From: an uncultured Clostridia bacterium
GTDB lineage: Bacteria; Bacillota; Clostridia; Christensenellales; UBA1242
Direction of reading: 5' to 3'
DNA length: 55,200 nucleotides
NCBI GenBank assembly: GCA_944383255.1
Contig: CALWOY010000041.1
Location: forward strand, 1 to 55,200
Shown here in pieces: positions 54,801-55,200 of this stretch. A model generated the notes under the pieces. The model saw nothing but the letters and a program-made list of their open reading frames with translations, did no database searches and was not told the origin of the DNA. Both the position numbers and the translations under genes were made by a program. Position 1 is the stretch's first letter; each line of letters opens with the position of its first letter.

Positions 54801-55200
54801 TCCATCTCGGACTTGTTGCAGGAACACTTGGCTGGAAAGTTGCCACACCAGTATTTGATGGGGCAGATGCAAATCAAATTCGTGAACTACTTATTGCTAA
54901 CAATTTCCCAAGTGATGGTAAAATTCAACTTTACGACGGCAGAACTGGTGAACCATTTGACCATAAAGCAACAGTTGGTTATAAATATATGTTAAAACTT
55001 GACCACATGGTAGACAGCAAGATGCATGCAAGAAGCACAGGGCCATATTCACTTGTTACACAGCAACCACTTGGTGGTAAAGCGATGATGGGTGGACAGA
55101 GATTTGGTGAAATGGAAGTTTGGGCACTTGAAGCATATGGTGCATCAAGCATCCTTCAAGAAATTCTTACTGTTAAGTCTGACGATATTGTTGGTAGAAC
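51845..55200 (+). CDS. rpoB: DNA-directed RNA polymerase subunit beta (5' partial, runs off window)
   Basis: ATG 51845 (AGGAG RBS), open to the window end and so absent from the ORF track. [24 protein letters not shown]..., [45 protein letters not shown] and [16 protein letters not shown] are rpoB hallmarks. Confidence 0.97.
   Translation, partial: [1118 protein letters not shown]

Overview
All calls below were made by eye, with no database search. This is a low-GC Firmicutes/Clostridia-type chromosomal segment using the standard genetic code, with most genes on the + strand. It is mostly housekeeping: PFOR (nifJ), truA, rplM-rpsI, trxB, nrdR, feoAB, der-plsY, polA, a class-V cysteine desulfurase, a U32 peptidase, alr, rsmD, an Ogg-type glycosylase and nfeD-floA. 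It continues with Bacillus-type dnaB/dnaI loaders, an M1 peptidase, dtd, cdd, tyrS-yigZ'-recX-acpS, mazF, nth, obg, murB, rplI, a yycJ/htrA-like pair, tadA, one tRNA-Gly(CCC) and the first 3.3 kb of rpoB. I saw no rRNA, CRISPR array, cas gene, transposase or integrase. The best candidate for an undescribed system is at 48.5-51.6 kb. Two translationally coupled SipW-type signal peptidase paralogs carry long shared cytoplasmic tails and altered catalytic boxes, and a small secreted beta-rich protein follows them. That protein's leader motif (FGVYAAT) and C-terminal LNLNI strand recur in a 485-aa DUF6273-type secreted protein 23 kb away. Other non-core content: (1) a dispersed GC-rich REP/MITE-like repeat family (TGTCATTCTGAGCG...GAAGAATCTC) with about 20 full or partial copies, a 129-nt long-stem hairpin element, and a 126-129-bp composite repeat flanking the tyrS-acpS block; (2) a G-tract-containing promoter and a repeat-laden 5' UTR upstream of the DUF6273 gene; (3) an orphan 498-aa cytoplasmic HExxH protein next to the tRNA; (4) a mazF toxin gene with a non-canonical acidic upstream partner; (5) a small micro-ORF/DUF4926-like/XRE islet with twin palindromic operators; (6) a membrane HAMP-cyclase whose metal-binding Asp residues appear replaced.
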